A DNA stretch of 57,819 nucleotides, filler included, from Sphacelaria rigidula (lineage: Eukaryota), in assembly GCA_964200075.2 (NCBI GenBank). It is 9 parts of 9 records of this genome, joined end to end, with 100 filler letters (N's around TTAATTAATTAA, not from the genome) between each part and the next. Parts side by side here need not be neighbours in the genome. Positions count along the whole stretch, not along the records: positions 38,615 to 44,949 come from CAXNAA020020709.1; positions 45,050 to 51,384 come from CAXNAA020020710.1; 7 more parts are not named here. One strand, written 5' to 3'. Shown piece after piece: positions 39,150-51,285 of the stretch. The translations under genes and the position numbers were made by a program. The notes under the pieces were generated by a model, which saw only the letters and a program-made list of their open reading frames with translations, did no database searches and was not told the origin of the DNA. Numbering within the stretch: position 1 is the first letter of the stretch; each line of letters begins with the position of its first letter.

Positions 39150-39548
39150 ATACACAGAATTGCCCCTATGGGCAATCAAATAGGGAGCAAAAGTCATATA
39201 GTGGCAGAATGTGAACTGTACAAGGAGAAACGGGGATATGCTAGAGTGGGAAATGCGGGAAGTGAACAAAGGTGGCGTGAAACCGTTCGATGCATTAGAC
39301 AGCAGCGAGAAAACTATGGCTATACTAGGGGATAGATGGTGGCCACAGACTGCAGAAGAGGCCGGAGATAAGATGAGCAAAAGGTTTTCGTGCAATATAT
39401 GGAAAAACCATAATGAGCACCTAAATGTGGGAGACGTCTCCATCACGAGTAGGAACGGTGCTCCCTCTCGAAAGGAATGCGTGGTCAATGGTCAAATGAC
39501 TCAGCAAGCAACAAATGAGTACGCCCCCCTCCCCTTCCCCCCCAGCCC
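39150..39548 (+). mobile_element. 3' end of the oligo(C)-tailed LINE
   Basis: Homologous to about 57480-57819 (GDRWWPQTA..RNGAPSRK). Ends GCAACAAATGAGTACGCCCCCC. Confidence 0.88.
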
Positions 39549-40824
39549 GAAGAATTTTGTTCTGCCTCGAGTTAAATGTAGTATAGGGTCTCGATATAAC
39601 CAGGTAGTGTATGTGTAGACTGTTGATTCTGGGTGATCTGTTAGGCTGGTGGTTCGTGAACCCGTCTCAAAACGAATCCGTCATCATCCATGTCCCCCGC
39701 TTCTTCTCCCCTCACCGCGTCAAGCACTGATTGCCACGGGCTAGCTCTAAATACTTGGATACACTCAGCAGCGCTCAATAAACACTCGTCAGTGCCCACG
39801 AAGTGAGTGATGCTACGGTAGGGGTTCAACGTTTCAGCCAAACGTTGTCTAAGGTTGCACACTATTAACCCAGATGTTCCTCATGGAGGCGCTCCTCAAC
39901 TTGGGAGCTTTTTGGATGTTTTATGCACCCCTGCCGTGGCACTGCCCAAGTCAAGTGGAAAATCAGGATTCCGGAACAGTGACTGTGCGGATACGTCACC
40001 TTTTGTCCTACCCCGCCCTTCCCCCCCGAGCCCGGTCCGGCGAACACCAGGCGTGCTCCGTCTCGGCGTCGTAGGGATGCGAGGTCAATGTTCATATGAC
40101 TACGGCATGCAAGATCATCAGTACACCCCCCCCCTTCCCGTTCTTCCCAGAGATTCTCCCTACGCGTTGTGTGGTTGATTGATTAATTCATTGTCGCAGT
40201 TTAACTGACCCCCCAGGGGTCCAGCCGTTGTCTCACGATAGACGCACCCTGAAAAAACGAAACTGCAACACGCTCTGAAGAAAAGAAAAAACAGGGGGAA
40301 AATGCAAAAAAAAAAAAGGCGGAACAGAACGACATCGCTGTGTGTGTGCGTTTTTTGCTTTCATGTTACATAACCTAACTCCCCGTATGAGCATGCCGAA
40401 ACAAGTGCGGAAAGATTGCAGTTTACGTGGAAACTGCCCCACCTTGAGAGGAAATGGTGCCGGATTTTGTTTCCTTCACACACGTGGGCGATCCCGTCCC
40501 GTTTCACCCCCCGAACGGGTCTGACGGTGAGCCTCATACCGAGTCCATCAGCATGGGTACGGAGGGCACACGCGCTTGAGTTTCACGCGAGTTTTAGAAA
40601 ATGAGCACCGAGAGGGACGGAAGTCGAAGGGCTAGAGGGGTGCTGATCGATTGCTTCATGACAAGGTGCAAGGCAAGGACCCGGCGCGAGGTGAATTGAT
40701 ATCTTGAAATCAGGGACTTGCCCTGAGGACGACGGGGGATGGCAGAACGTACACCGAAAACCACGAAGTACGAAACTACCCCCTCCCACCGACCCGCCTA
40801 TTCCCTATTTATCGGCATGTCAAG

Positions 40825-40921
40825 GTGACATCTTCGCGGAAGTGATCAGCCAGGGGACGTACGAACATACACCGGAGGAACTTGTGTACGGTGCGAAGGT
40901 CTGCTGGCGGAACAGCGCAAA
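40825..40921 (+). CDS. NOS: Nitric oxide synthase oxygenase domain, exon A
   Basis: [31 protein letters not shown](K) matches the NOS motif EI..TGTY.(H/L)T..EL..GAK.AWRN. Donor AA|GTAAGG, phase 2. The acceptor position (AAG) is less certain. Confidence 0.9.
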
Positions 40922-41477
40922 GTAAGGATACAGGGAAGAGTGGGGGGGGGGGATTGAGACTGTAATAATCTTACATACCGTTGTCATAATACTACTGACC
41001 TCGTATCTCTGCAAAGCCGGGACGGAGCACGCCGGGTGTTCGGCGTGTCGCATGAAGGGTGATCGACCTCGTGCTAAGATTGTTCGGCCCGGAGCGTACG
41101 GATTGTATTGCATTCGGATGGCAGCCTACAATGAGGTGCTTCATTTTCTGGTATCGCCAGTTCCAGAGACAACCACAGCTTACACACCGCCTCATGGGTG
41201 TCTCACGATGTAAACGCTATGTAGAATGATCATCCCCTTTGCGCGGAAGTGAGGTTCCCCATCCCACACAATATGGTCCATCTCGACCACCATCATGGTG
41301 ACAGCAAAAAAAACGCAAGGGCGAAGAAAAAGGGAGTGACTTTGTTGCCTAGCTTACGCAGTGTGAGGCATGTTTTACAGCGTCATTGCCAACCGACGCC
41401 ATCCCCACAGGAGTACGTCCCTACAACGCGGGAACGGAGTACGCCGGGTTTTCGCCGGTGAAGGAGGGGGGGGGGGG

Positions 41478-41541
41478 CGTACTCATTTGTTGCTTGCCTT
41501 AGTCGTTTGACCATTGACCACGCATCCCTTTCGAGACGGAG
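41478..41541 (-). mobile_element. 5'-truncated LINE insertion with ~21-bp TSD ending in a G-tract
   Basis: CGGTGAAGGA(G)12 at 41456-41477 and CGGTGAAGGA(G)11 at 41542-41562 flank 64 nt of LINE 3' end. Confidence 0.9.
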
Positions 41542-42427
41542 CGGTGAAGGAGGGGGGGGGGGTATGTTTCGATGGGAAGGAGAAGGAGAGTAAAGGGCCC
41601 TTGCTCAACCTGAACGTTCCCGACATAGCTGATGGAGGCTTGTAGAGACTCTGAATAAAGTGGAAGACCTCGAGGGAGGACGGTGATCATCTTGATAGTT
41701 TCTGGCGGTGACTTGGCCTTTCATGTTCCCCTATGGTTCGCCTTAGATCTCCTAACGCTCAGCCATGCGATCGTGTTGCTTTCGAAGGAGAGTGGAGCAT
41801 TCATTGGGCCATTCGTGCACACATCAATAGAAAGTAGTTTTGCATTTCTGCGCAGTATTCGTCGCCTCCTCACCCCGTCTTGCTTCGTCGATACACTCAC
41901 AAATGGTTGTACAACGCCATGCAGCGATGAGAGACAGCGTTAATAAACGTGTCTGTATGCAGAGTAGATATGGATGACAAATAGATCCGTTGTTCTGCTG
42001 CTTGTTCGTAGCTGCCAATGGCAGAGGCGCGTCTGTACGGTAAAGCAACACTACGCTCACGTAAAGTTGAGGTGACATTACATGCAATGGAGGATCGGCG
42101 TATGTTCATGCTAGAGAAGATGCTCGCGTACATCACAGCAGTTGCGATTAACGGAGTGCACCACGTGCAAAACACGCCGTACGCTCGTCTTATCTTGAAA
42201 GCTGTTCGGATTCCACGAAAACGACTTTCTCTGTACACGCTCAACATTCACCTGTCCATGTCGACAAAACAAAGTGCTTTTACTTCAAATGACAAGGGTT
42301 CCAAGGGAGTGTCGGATGGCGTATACCCAATATTGTTGTATTTCGAAAAGTGGAGATCCGACCTATGCCACGGCGCAGCAGCCAGCCCAGTGCCATCGTT
42401 CTCCTCTCTAAAGCCCATACAAGTCAT

Positions 42428-42683
42428 GAGTGATGCTACGGTAGGGGTGCACAAATATTGTCTGAAGTTAGAATTGTTAGAAGCCCTTTATCTAATGCAA
42501 AACATGACCTATGAAAGTTGTGAAAGTACGCCAGGATTACTACTCCAATGTGCTGGGGATATCCCGAATGAATTTGCAAACGGGGATGCCCTGATCCATA
42601 TTTTTGTGCATCTAGAATCGGTGGGAGCCCCTGAGCTAGATATAATATTGCGAAAAAAGTGCACTCCTACCGTAGCATTGCTC
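42428..42683. mobile_element. MITE with GAG..CTC termini and 4-bp TSD (TCAT), inside the NOS intron
   Basis: TIRs GAGTGATGCTACGGTAGGGGTGCAC / GTGCACTCCTACCGTAGCATTGCTC, with TCAT on both sides. Confidence 0.85.
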
Positions 42684-43022
42684 TCATTGTGACTGACCTA
42701 GGCTGGTGATGTGCGACGTTTTAATATACCAAAATATTGGGCATACTCTGCCCGACACGCTCTTGAAGGATTCCTCTCTAAAATCGACCACAGGCGATAT
42801 CCGGCGATCCGAGACGGAGTCGCTGTCAAAGGGTCGAAATATTCGTAGCGATATATACATTTGGAGCGCGAATATATATCCCATACTACACGATGTGTCT
42901 CCGAGTATGAATGCATGGCACGCTTGTTTCTTTTTCACACACCTTGAAGGTGTATTTGCGACGACTAACGACTTCATCTTGAATGTCTTAACCTTCTTCG
43001 ACTGTACACACACCTCTGACAG

Positions 43023-43176
43023 GTGCATCGGGAGGATCGCGTGGAACACGCTAACGGTGAGGGACAAACGCCACGTGACGAATGTGGACGAGATGTTTGC
43101 GGAGTGCATCGAGCACGAGAGGTTGGCCACCGCGGACGGTAGCATCAAGTCGGTCATGACGGTGTTTCCGCAAAAG
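43023..43176 (+). CDS. NOS: Nitric oxide synthase oxygenase domain, exon B (heme-ligating Cys)
   Basis: CAG|G TGC ATC GGG AGG.. gives CIGRIAWNTLTVRDKRHVTNVDEMFAECIEHERLATADGSIKSVMTVFPQK, matching NOS CIGRI.W..L.V.D.R......MF..I..H...AT..G.I.S.IT.FPQ. Phase completes exon A. Donor AAG|GTGCAT. Confidence 0.93.
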
Positions 43177-44579
43177 GTGCATGCAATACCGTTGTTTGGA
43201 AAATTAAAAATAAAATAAAAACATAACTTGTTCTCGCGACCAGGTGTTCTTTACACTACTCCCTGCTGAAACGATGCTCCACTTTGTTTGGCGTCGTGTC
43301 TGCTGTTCCACGATATAATGCTTGGAACACCTGCAGTGGTGCTGCTGTGGCAGCGGCATCAGCAGCATCAAGCCGTTGTTTCGTTGTGCCGGCGTGTGTC
43401 GTCGCAAAACAGTTGTTTCTGGGAGGGATCTTGGGATATCAAGCATACGACAAGGTGAATACTTCAAGAAACCTTATTTTTGGTACTCACCATAAATCTG
43501 CCAACACATGCATACATGAAAGGATAGATCCGCGACGGACACCGGTGGGAATCTTCCCCTTTTATATGTGGTGTTACCCACATCACCCACCCTACCCATC
43601 TACCCCCGTTGTATGAGCCTCTTCGTACGTTCTTTTGGTGAAAATCGACTTGCTTGTCGGGGTAACCATTTTTTTCGCCGCCTAGGGGGTGAGAATGTGT
43701 ACACCATACAAGTGTCCGGTACCCGTGCCAACAATCTTCACGGAAGACGTTTCCCTCGAGTCTGTGAATTCTTCTTCGAAGTGATCTACCAGTTTGTCTG
43801 GTCCCCCATAATTTTTGTGACCTTTTGTCCCCCGCTTCACCATAACCGTCGTTTTGGTGAGAGCGGGAATTTGAACGCGGGACCTTCATAAAGTGCACGG
43901 GTTATCTCACCGGCGTTGCCTATGTGAAAAGGTGCTCCCTCGACAAAACCTTATGGGAGTGTTCCCCTTTTATGTGGTGGTACCTAGACGTCTGTGTGTA
44001 CGGCGTGGGTTCAACTAATACCTTCCGAAAAAATGTACCCTGTCCGTATCAAATTTGGCATCAATACTCGAGATAGTGAGAAGGTCTCGTTGGAATCAAT
44101 GTACTGTCTGCGATCGAGCTGTATCTGCGGTCAGAAACAGGTGCTTTTTTTTTTTCTGTTGACAGCACTGATGTTCAAGACCTGTCTAAGCGGGGGAATG
44201 TGTTTGTCCTCCGCAACCCCCTGGAGGAGTCACGGGCTTCGCGGTAATGAGTCATGATACGGCAAGGGTCGCACATTTGGGCCCAGATCTCTCTCTTATC
44301 GAGGGGATCCTATAGTTAAAAGCTACACAAGAATATGGATCAGGATATTGCATGTTTCAAAATCAAAATCAACTGGGGATGTATATCACTAGCCCATTGG
44401 ATTGCTATCATATATTTCATAAGCCGTTTTTCTGGATGAGATAAAGAGCTCCTAAAAATTCAAACTTTTGAGAATATTTGTGCACCCGTACCGCAAAACC
44501 AATTCAATGCCCTCCTTACCCTCAAAATATCCAACGATCTCGCTCCCGCACGAAACTCGCATTCAAATGCTACGCCCCC

Positions 44580-44949
44580 CCGACGTCTCGGAGACCCGCG
44601 CCTAGACACCGGGATTAAGAGATGTATCCTGATGAACGTGATCGTACCAAATAAGGAATATCCAGGAGAAGTATGAGAGGGAAACGCGAAGTTGGTGAAG
44701 AGGTTAGAGCCGTACAGATGGCAGCAGCTAAGAAAATACTTGAAACTCGAAAACGACGAGTAATACAGTTTTGAGAGCAGAGTTGGGAATGTACTCACTT
44801 AAAACAGAGATTTGAGGAAATTGCAATGGCAGTATAGCGTAAAGAACATGCAAAGAAAGGGATGGCCAGCTATAGTTGATAGGGCTGTATGGAGGAAACG
44901 TACGATAGGGCAGGCTGGAGTAAGGTGGGATAGAGAATTCGAAAAAGTG
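44580..44949 (+). mobile_element. Internal LINE fragment
   Basis: Aligns by eye with 56815-57180 (NVIVP..EY.G.VWEGN.KLVK.LE). Confidence 0.8.
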
Positions 44950-45134
44950 NNNNNNNNNNNNNNNNNNNNNNNNNNNNNNNNNNNNNNNNNNNNTTAATTA
45001 ATTAANNNNNNNNNNNNNNNNNNNNNNNNNNNNNNNNNNNNNNNNNNNNGCGAGTCGCATGAGGGTGCGCTGCATCCTGCGTAGATTGTTCGGCCCGAAG
45101 CCTATTGATTATCTTGCATTTGGATGACAGCCTA

Positions 45135-45390
45135 AGACACTTTCTACGATAGCCCCCCCCCCCTCCAAAAGTGCACGGTCTTGGGAGGCAAAACCTTCAC
45201 GTACATCGAAATGGGAAAAGCCGAGCACAACGAGCAGCTGGGAATTCCCATGTTTGGGTTCGTTCTAGCCAATGTCGCCAATATGAGGCGCTTCATGCCG
45301 CCTGGACCCAAACACCAGGCGCTGTGTGGCCCTTTTTTCGTGATATTTTTGGGCTGGTTTTTTGGGGGGGGGCTATCGTAGAAAGTGTCT
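45135..45390. mobile_element. 256-bp MITE with TA duplication, inserted in a SINE-like copy
   Basis: TIRs AGACACTTTCTACGATAGCCCCCCC / GGGGGGGCTATCGTAGAAAGTGTCT. The uninterrupted host site GCAGCC-TA-CAATGAG is seen at 41121-41135. Confidence 0.9.
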
Positions 45391-45435
45391 TACAATGAGT
45401 TGCTTTATTTTCTGATATCGCCACTTCTGGAGACA

Positions 45436-48400
45436 TGTACAGTAGTCCATCTACAGTACACATGCAACAAGTAGACATGCGGGGGGTCCTGGATTTGGTT
45501 GGAGGATGACTATTGGATGCGTAACATATCGTGATCGTGAAGCAAGCCCAAGAAGCTTACTTCCGGTTTAATGAAGACAACTGTTTGTAAAACTGCTCTG
45601 TCTTGAAGTCTCGGAAGCCCTGCTGGGGAGGAAGCCTTTGGAGCAAGAACTTAGATCTTGTTCTGATCCCAGACAAGTCTACAGTGAACGTTTACTCAAG
45701 AAACTTGTGGTTTCTGAACAGCGTCGCTGAACCCTAAAAAAAGCGAGGACGCTCGTTGGACAACACGGGGGTAGTGCGACGGAGCACGGAGTGCAGGAAG
45801 CGTTCGAAAGATGGCGCGAGCGAAAGTGAGCAGGGAGTCTAAATCTGACAAGGAGGGGGACGGCGCAGAGGTGAAGTTCACTGTAACGAATTTGATTGCG
45901 GGGCGATCGCTCAAGGCGCCTGAATATGGGCGCTTGTTCAGTGAGCAAGCTTCGCGACGGTTTCTGCAGAAATATCAGGAGTACGAACAAGCCGTTCTGC
46001 GACGAAACAAGACTCGAACTGTGGAGAGCGCACCGTTGGCCATGGAGGAGCTAGTGCCTCGGCATGTACAAGGTTATTTGTTGGACACTCTTTTTGATGG
46101 CACTGAGTTTTCTCACGCCCGGATTAGGGAAGGGATCGCACGGCATGCGAAATGCTGGGTAGGAATGGAAATTGATCCAAATGAGGCCGCAGCCGGTGTG
46201 AAAAAAGCACTCGCTGCACAATCCGATTCAACTGCCATGCGTCGAGTGGAAGGACAGTGGAGTGCCTTGCAAGAATATTTCAAGGAGAATGAGGGTTCAG
46301 AGCGTGTTTTCCGCGAAACGGACCGTACCTATTAACCAGGCCCGGCACACATCATCACTAGAGGTGTGATTGCTGGCCTGACCCCTCCGGAATTCAAACA
46401 TAAAGTCCAAAACAAACTGCAAATGACGGGGGGGGTGGAAGGAGCAACCGAAACTTGTGTACGATGTCGCTCTTGAGGTGGCGGAACTGTGGCGAACTGT
46501 CGGGGAGGTTGACAAGCAGCGCAGATCCGCTCCACAGAACAAGGAGGTGGGTTCGCAAGGACAGAAGAAACTGTCGACGGCAGCTAGCGCCGCAGCCGCG
46601 ACGGTTGTATCCGGTGATAGCGGATCGAAATCCAGACAATCTCGCAGACCCGGCCCTGATTACGCAGTATGTTTCGAATATGGGGACAAAGGTCATTTTA
46701 GGAAAGACTGTGAGAAGAAAAACATGCCAGCAGCTACCGGAGGTGGGGATAGTGGACACGTAAAGCCGCAGCAACAACAACAGCAAACGGCGCAAGCTCC
46801 GCGGGGCGGGAGCCAGAATCCTCCCCCTACCCGGGCTGTTTTTCCAGGGGATGGTCGTCAAGGGGGCACTAACGATGCTGGTAGTACGTTGCGACCCGTG
46901 CCGACTGTTCCGGCTTCTATAGTACAGCCTCCGCCGTCAACAGAAACAGTTCCGCAACGGACATCGGCGGCAGTGCCGGCGTGGCGGGGCTTACACACTG
47001 CTTCCGAGGTAGCAGAGCTGGAGGCCGAGGGTTTGGACGTGGAAACTAGGCAGCAATGTTGCCGAGCTGATCTATCTGTTCCAGGTTCCGCCGTAGAGAA
47101 AGTCTGTCCGGTCAAGGCTGTGTTAGACTCTGGAGCTAGAACAACCATTATGTCTGAACGGGTGGCGACCCGGTTGAGAAACGCGTTTCCTGGAGTATCA
47201 ATCGTCACATCAATGGCACGTGGACACCCTGTACGACTGGCTGACGGTAACGTAAAAACCATGCACTCCAAAACGTGTCTGGTTCGTACGGCACTCCACA
47301 CGAGCTGGGGGTCGGCGGTGCTTGAGCCCTGCCGGTATGCGATAATGCCCGGCGCTGATGATGTGGTTATTTTTCGGAGCAAAACTTTGGCAAAAATCGG
47401 CATCAATATCTACAATGATCTGGGCGCATGCGCGCAAGCAGAACACCCTTATTTGCGGGGTATCGAGACGCCTGAGTTCCGCGAGTGCAGGCGTGGGAGT
47501 CTAGCGGTGGAGGAGCTCCAGGAGACGACTGGTCACGAGGAACCGGTGGACTCCTCTGTCGAGCGACTGGTGTCACGGGATCTGGATATGTTTATGCCAC
47601 CAGAGCAAGAGCTTGTTGAGCGCAAAGTGGCGCTTGAGGACGCGGTACAAGCTGCGGCGGATAATGGCATGTCGGAGAACGGGGTGAGCAAGCTCCGAGA
47701 AATTGTCGGCCGTCGGACCAATGTTTTTCGGCGAGCGTTGCGAGGTGACCCGCCTGCTCGCGTGGAGCCTTCGCATGTACGCTTCAAACCGGGGGCTAAA
47801 GCAGTCAAGGCGAGCCCGAGAACATACTCTCCAGTGAAGAAGAGCTGGTTGGCAGGGTGCATGGCTACGCTGGTGGTGCTGAGGTTGGAGTTCCGCAACA
47901 TCCAGGCGGTATGGGCAAGCGCAGTTATGGCTGCGCCCAAGAAGGGCAGCTATTGTCTGGTGAGTGATTACAGAGCAGTCAACCGGCAGCTCGAGAAGGT
48001 TCCCAGTATTATGCCGAATCATGAGAGGGAAATGGCCGATTTGTTGGGTGCATCGTGTTTTGGGAAGCTTGAAATGCTACAGGGGTACTGGTAGATGCCG
48101 CTAGCGGCTGAAGCCCAGGAATTTTTCACCATTGCGTCTCCCGACGGACCTTTCACCCCCACGAGGGTGCCGCAAGGCGTGCTCAACGCTAACGGATATT
48201 TTCAACAGATACTGATGGGACTGTTGGCTGGACCCGACTGCAAGGTATGGGTTGGTGATATTTTGTGGTGGGGGAAAGATGAGGATGACTTGCTGCGCAC
48301 GCTGGACGCGATTTTGGGCCGATTGGAGGACGTTGGTCTGTTTGCTGCTGGGCACAAGTGCATGTTTTATGATACGCAGATCACGTGGTGTGGGAAGGTT

Positions 48401-51285
48401 TTTTCAGGTGGACAGGTTGCTCATGATCGCGACCGATTGACCGGATTAGCCAATATGCGTCGCCCACGTACGGCGGGTGAGCTGATGCAGTTTTTGCAGG
48501 CCGCCAATTGGCTGCGAACATCTCTACCGCGTTTGGCAGAAACGATGGAGCCGCTGCGTGAGCTGTTGGAGGAACATCTGCGGAAACACGTCCGCCGCAC
48601 TAGGCGAGTGGCGTCCAACCGGATATCGAAGATTCGGCGTGGACATTTCAGCGGGGTCAGGCGTGGCATGCTGCTCAAGATTTGGTGGCGCATGCTGTCG
48701 CTTTGTCGTATCCGAAGGAGGCGTATGAGGTGCTGATGTTTCCAGATGGATCGAATCTACATTGGGGCAGTTTTTCTACGCAGGTGCCTGCCGCTGAGTT
48801 GGATGGGCTGCTGGCGGTGGAAGACATGAGACACGAGCCGATGGGTTTCTCAATGGGACTTTTCGTGGGGCATAAGTTCGACGGGCTACGGTGAATAAGG
48901 AAGGCTACGCCATTGTGAGTACATTCTGAAGGTTAGAGTATTTGCTGTGGGGCGGAGTGCATATTATAACTGATCATCGTAATTTGGCATACATTCTTCA
49001 TCCTGAGGCGTGCGTGGCATCGTTGTCTAAGACTGCTGCCCAGAGACTCGAGCAATGGAAGGCTGTGCTCGGGCAGTATGATTCCACTATCAGGCACATT
49101 TCTGGGGAACGGAACTGCTGGGGAGACTTGCTATCAAGGTGGATGAATGTGTCTGTCCGTGCTCTGGCGGTATTCGCGAGTGGTGAGCTGGATGACACAC
49201 CACCGTCAAAGGACGACATTCGAGCAGCTCAAGAGCGGGCTCGCGCAGGGTTCGGGGTGATGGTTGATGGAGCTACCTCGTTTACTGCCGCTTTGGGCGC
49301 GTTCCGAAAGACGGTGAGGGCTTGCTTTGCGTGCACGTCGCAGATAAGCATGTGTTGTGGATCCCGCAGCAAGACAAAGAATTGAAAACACGTGTGATGG
49401 TGTGTGCCCGCATGAAGGGGGCGGGCCACCGCGGGGTTGTGGCCATATTGCAACGATTACAGGAATACTGCTGTTGGTACCAGCTGGAAGCTCACGTTAC
49501 CGATTTCGTGAAAAAATGCTTACACTGCATGGATTCGAAAGCTGGGGAGATGGTCCCGTGACCGCTAGGGGAAACCGCTCATGGTACACGGCCCGGTGAG
49601 GTGGTGCACTTCGATTATCTATACGTTGGTGAGAGTGATCCCTTGGGCAAGAGCGGTTTGGATGAAGGCGGTGGATACGAGTACATTTCAGTGATGATGG
49701 AACATCTGAGTAGTTTCGTGTGGTTGGAACCTACGGAATCTTGCACGGCTGCCTTGACGGTGCAGCATTTGTTGACGTAGTGCAAAGCTTTAGGCCCACC
49801 GGAGGTTTGGGTTAGTCCGCGTCGCATTTCAAAAACCGTGTGATGCGAGCGCTAGAAAAGGCACTGAAACTGGACAAGAGGTTCACAATCGCCAACTCGC
49901 CGTCGTCCAACGGGACGTGTGAGCGGATGATGCGAGAAGTTGTCCGTACTCTGAAGGCAATGCTCCAAGAGGAGCGGAGCGATGTTCGTGACTAGGTGGG
50001 ACTGGTGCCTGCGGTGCAGTGGGCGTTGAATACGGCATTCCGCGAGCGATATGCCAGTACCCCCTACCATGTAATGTTTGGACGCGCGCCGCGCACGAGA
50101 TTTTCGACACTGGCCTCGTCGACCGGCGGCGACTGGCGACTTGATGTGCTGGATGAAGACAGGCTGCGGCAGAAGGTGGCGTCAGTTGTTGAGGCGCAAC
50201 AAGAGCTGCATAAGGAGGTGGCACAGCGCGTGGAGAAGACCCGTGAGTTACAGCGACGTGTTGCCAGTAGGGGACAGTTGCCCAATTTTATGGTTGGTGA
50301 TAATGTGTTGGCGGCGAGAGTTAAGCGTTCCGGCACAACGCCTAAACTCGTTAGTACGTGGACAGGAGCGTGGAAAATCGTGGCAGCGGGGCATCAGCAT
50401 GTGTACGATATTCAGAATATCGTCAACGGAAAGGTGAAGGACGCGCATGTCGCCCGATGGTACTGAGCGGACAAGGAGCTGCAGGTCACTGCAGATCTGA
50501 AGGGAGTGTTCCAGTATGCGTTTGCTCAAGGAGAGTTCGAAATGGAGGCGATTATTGACTTGCCCAAGGCTCAAGACGACGATGGGTTCGTTGTACACGT
50601 TGAATGGGTAGGTTTCGGCAAGGACGAAAGCTCGTGGGAGCCACTGGAAACCATTTTTGAAGGAGCCTCGCAATTTGTACGTTCTGAATTGCGTAAGTTG
50701 TGAAAAAAAAGAAGGTGCGGGCGCGTTTGCTGGCTAAGTATGGGCTCAAGCTCTGATTAATTGGGTTTCAAGCTGTGATTGGTTGTTGGCGTAGTTCGTG
50801 GATTCTACTATGCAATTTGGTGTTCGATGAGTGTACCGCTTGGTTATTGTTTGCCTAACATGTTGGAGTAGCTCGTGCTGGTGTTTTAGGATTATGCTAG
50901 GGGGGGCATCGTGATTTGACCTGATGCGGTCTGATATTGAATGCTTGTCTCTGGTTGACGTCGTAGGGTACTGTCAGTGTCTACTGTTTTGTCAAATTCG
51001 CTTTTTACTTCGAGTAGTGCAAAGTTTTGGAGGGTGCTGTAGAGTAGTCCACCTATAGAATACATGCAACATGTAGATATGCGGGGGATCCTGGATTCGG
51101 TTAGGGGATGACTATTGGGTACGTACCGTATCGTGTTCGCAAGGAAAGCCTATGAAGCTTACTTCCAGTTTAATGACGACAATTGTTTGTAAAACTGCTC
51201 TGTTTTGAAGTCTCTGGAGCCCTGTTGGGGAGGAAGCCTTTGGAGCAAGCACTTAGATCTTGCTCTGATCCCAGACAAGTCTACA
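45436..51285 (+). mobile_element. Full-length decayed Ty3/Gypsy element with chromodomain (LTRs 45436-45683 and 51038-51285; TSD GACA)
   Basis: Two 248-bp TG..CA LTRs, roughly 87% identical by eye. Domain order: gag with knuckle CFEYGDKGHFRKDC, protease AVLDSGA, RT (DYRAVN, PQGVLNA, VWVGD), RNase H (TDHRNL), integrase (GHRG..C.HC), chromodomain (VEWVGF..SSWEP). Confidence 0.97.
45811..50755 (+). pseudogene. gag-pol of the Gypsy element
   Basis: ORFs 45811-46335, 46457-48094, 48095-48736, 48942-49561, 49996-50466 and 50506-50703 are consecutive pieces broken by stops and frameshifts. Confidence 0.93.

Noticed and set aside
42018..43022. ORFs 42018-42692 and the 5' part of 42706-43218 as NOS coding sequence
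   Set aside because: They span a MITE and lack NOS similarity. Similarity begins exactly at the AG acceptor at 43022, so this is intron.
8368..43176. GPCR, copine and NOS as a Ca2+/NO signalling gene cluster
   Set aside because: They sit on different contigs that are adjacent only because of length sorting.
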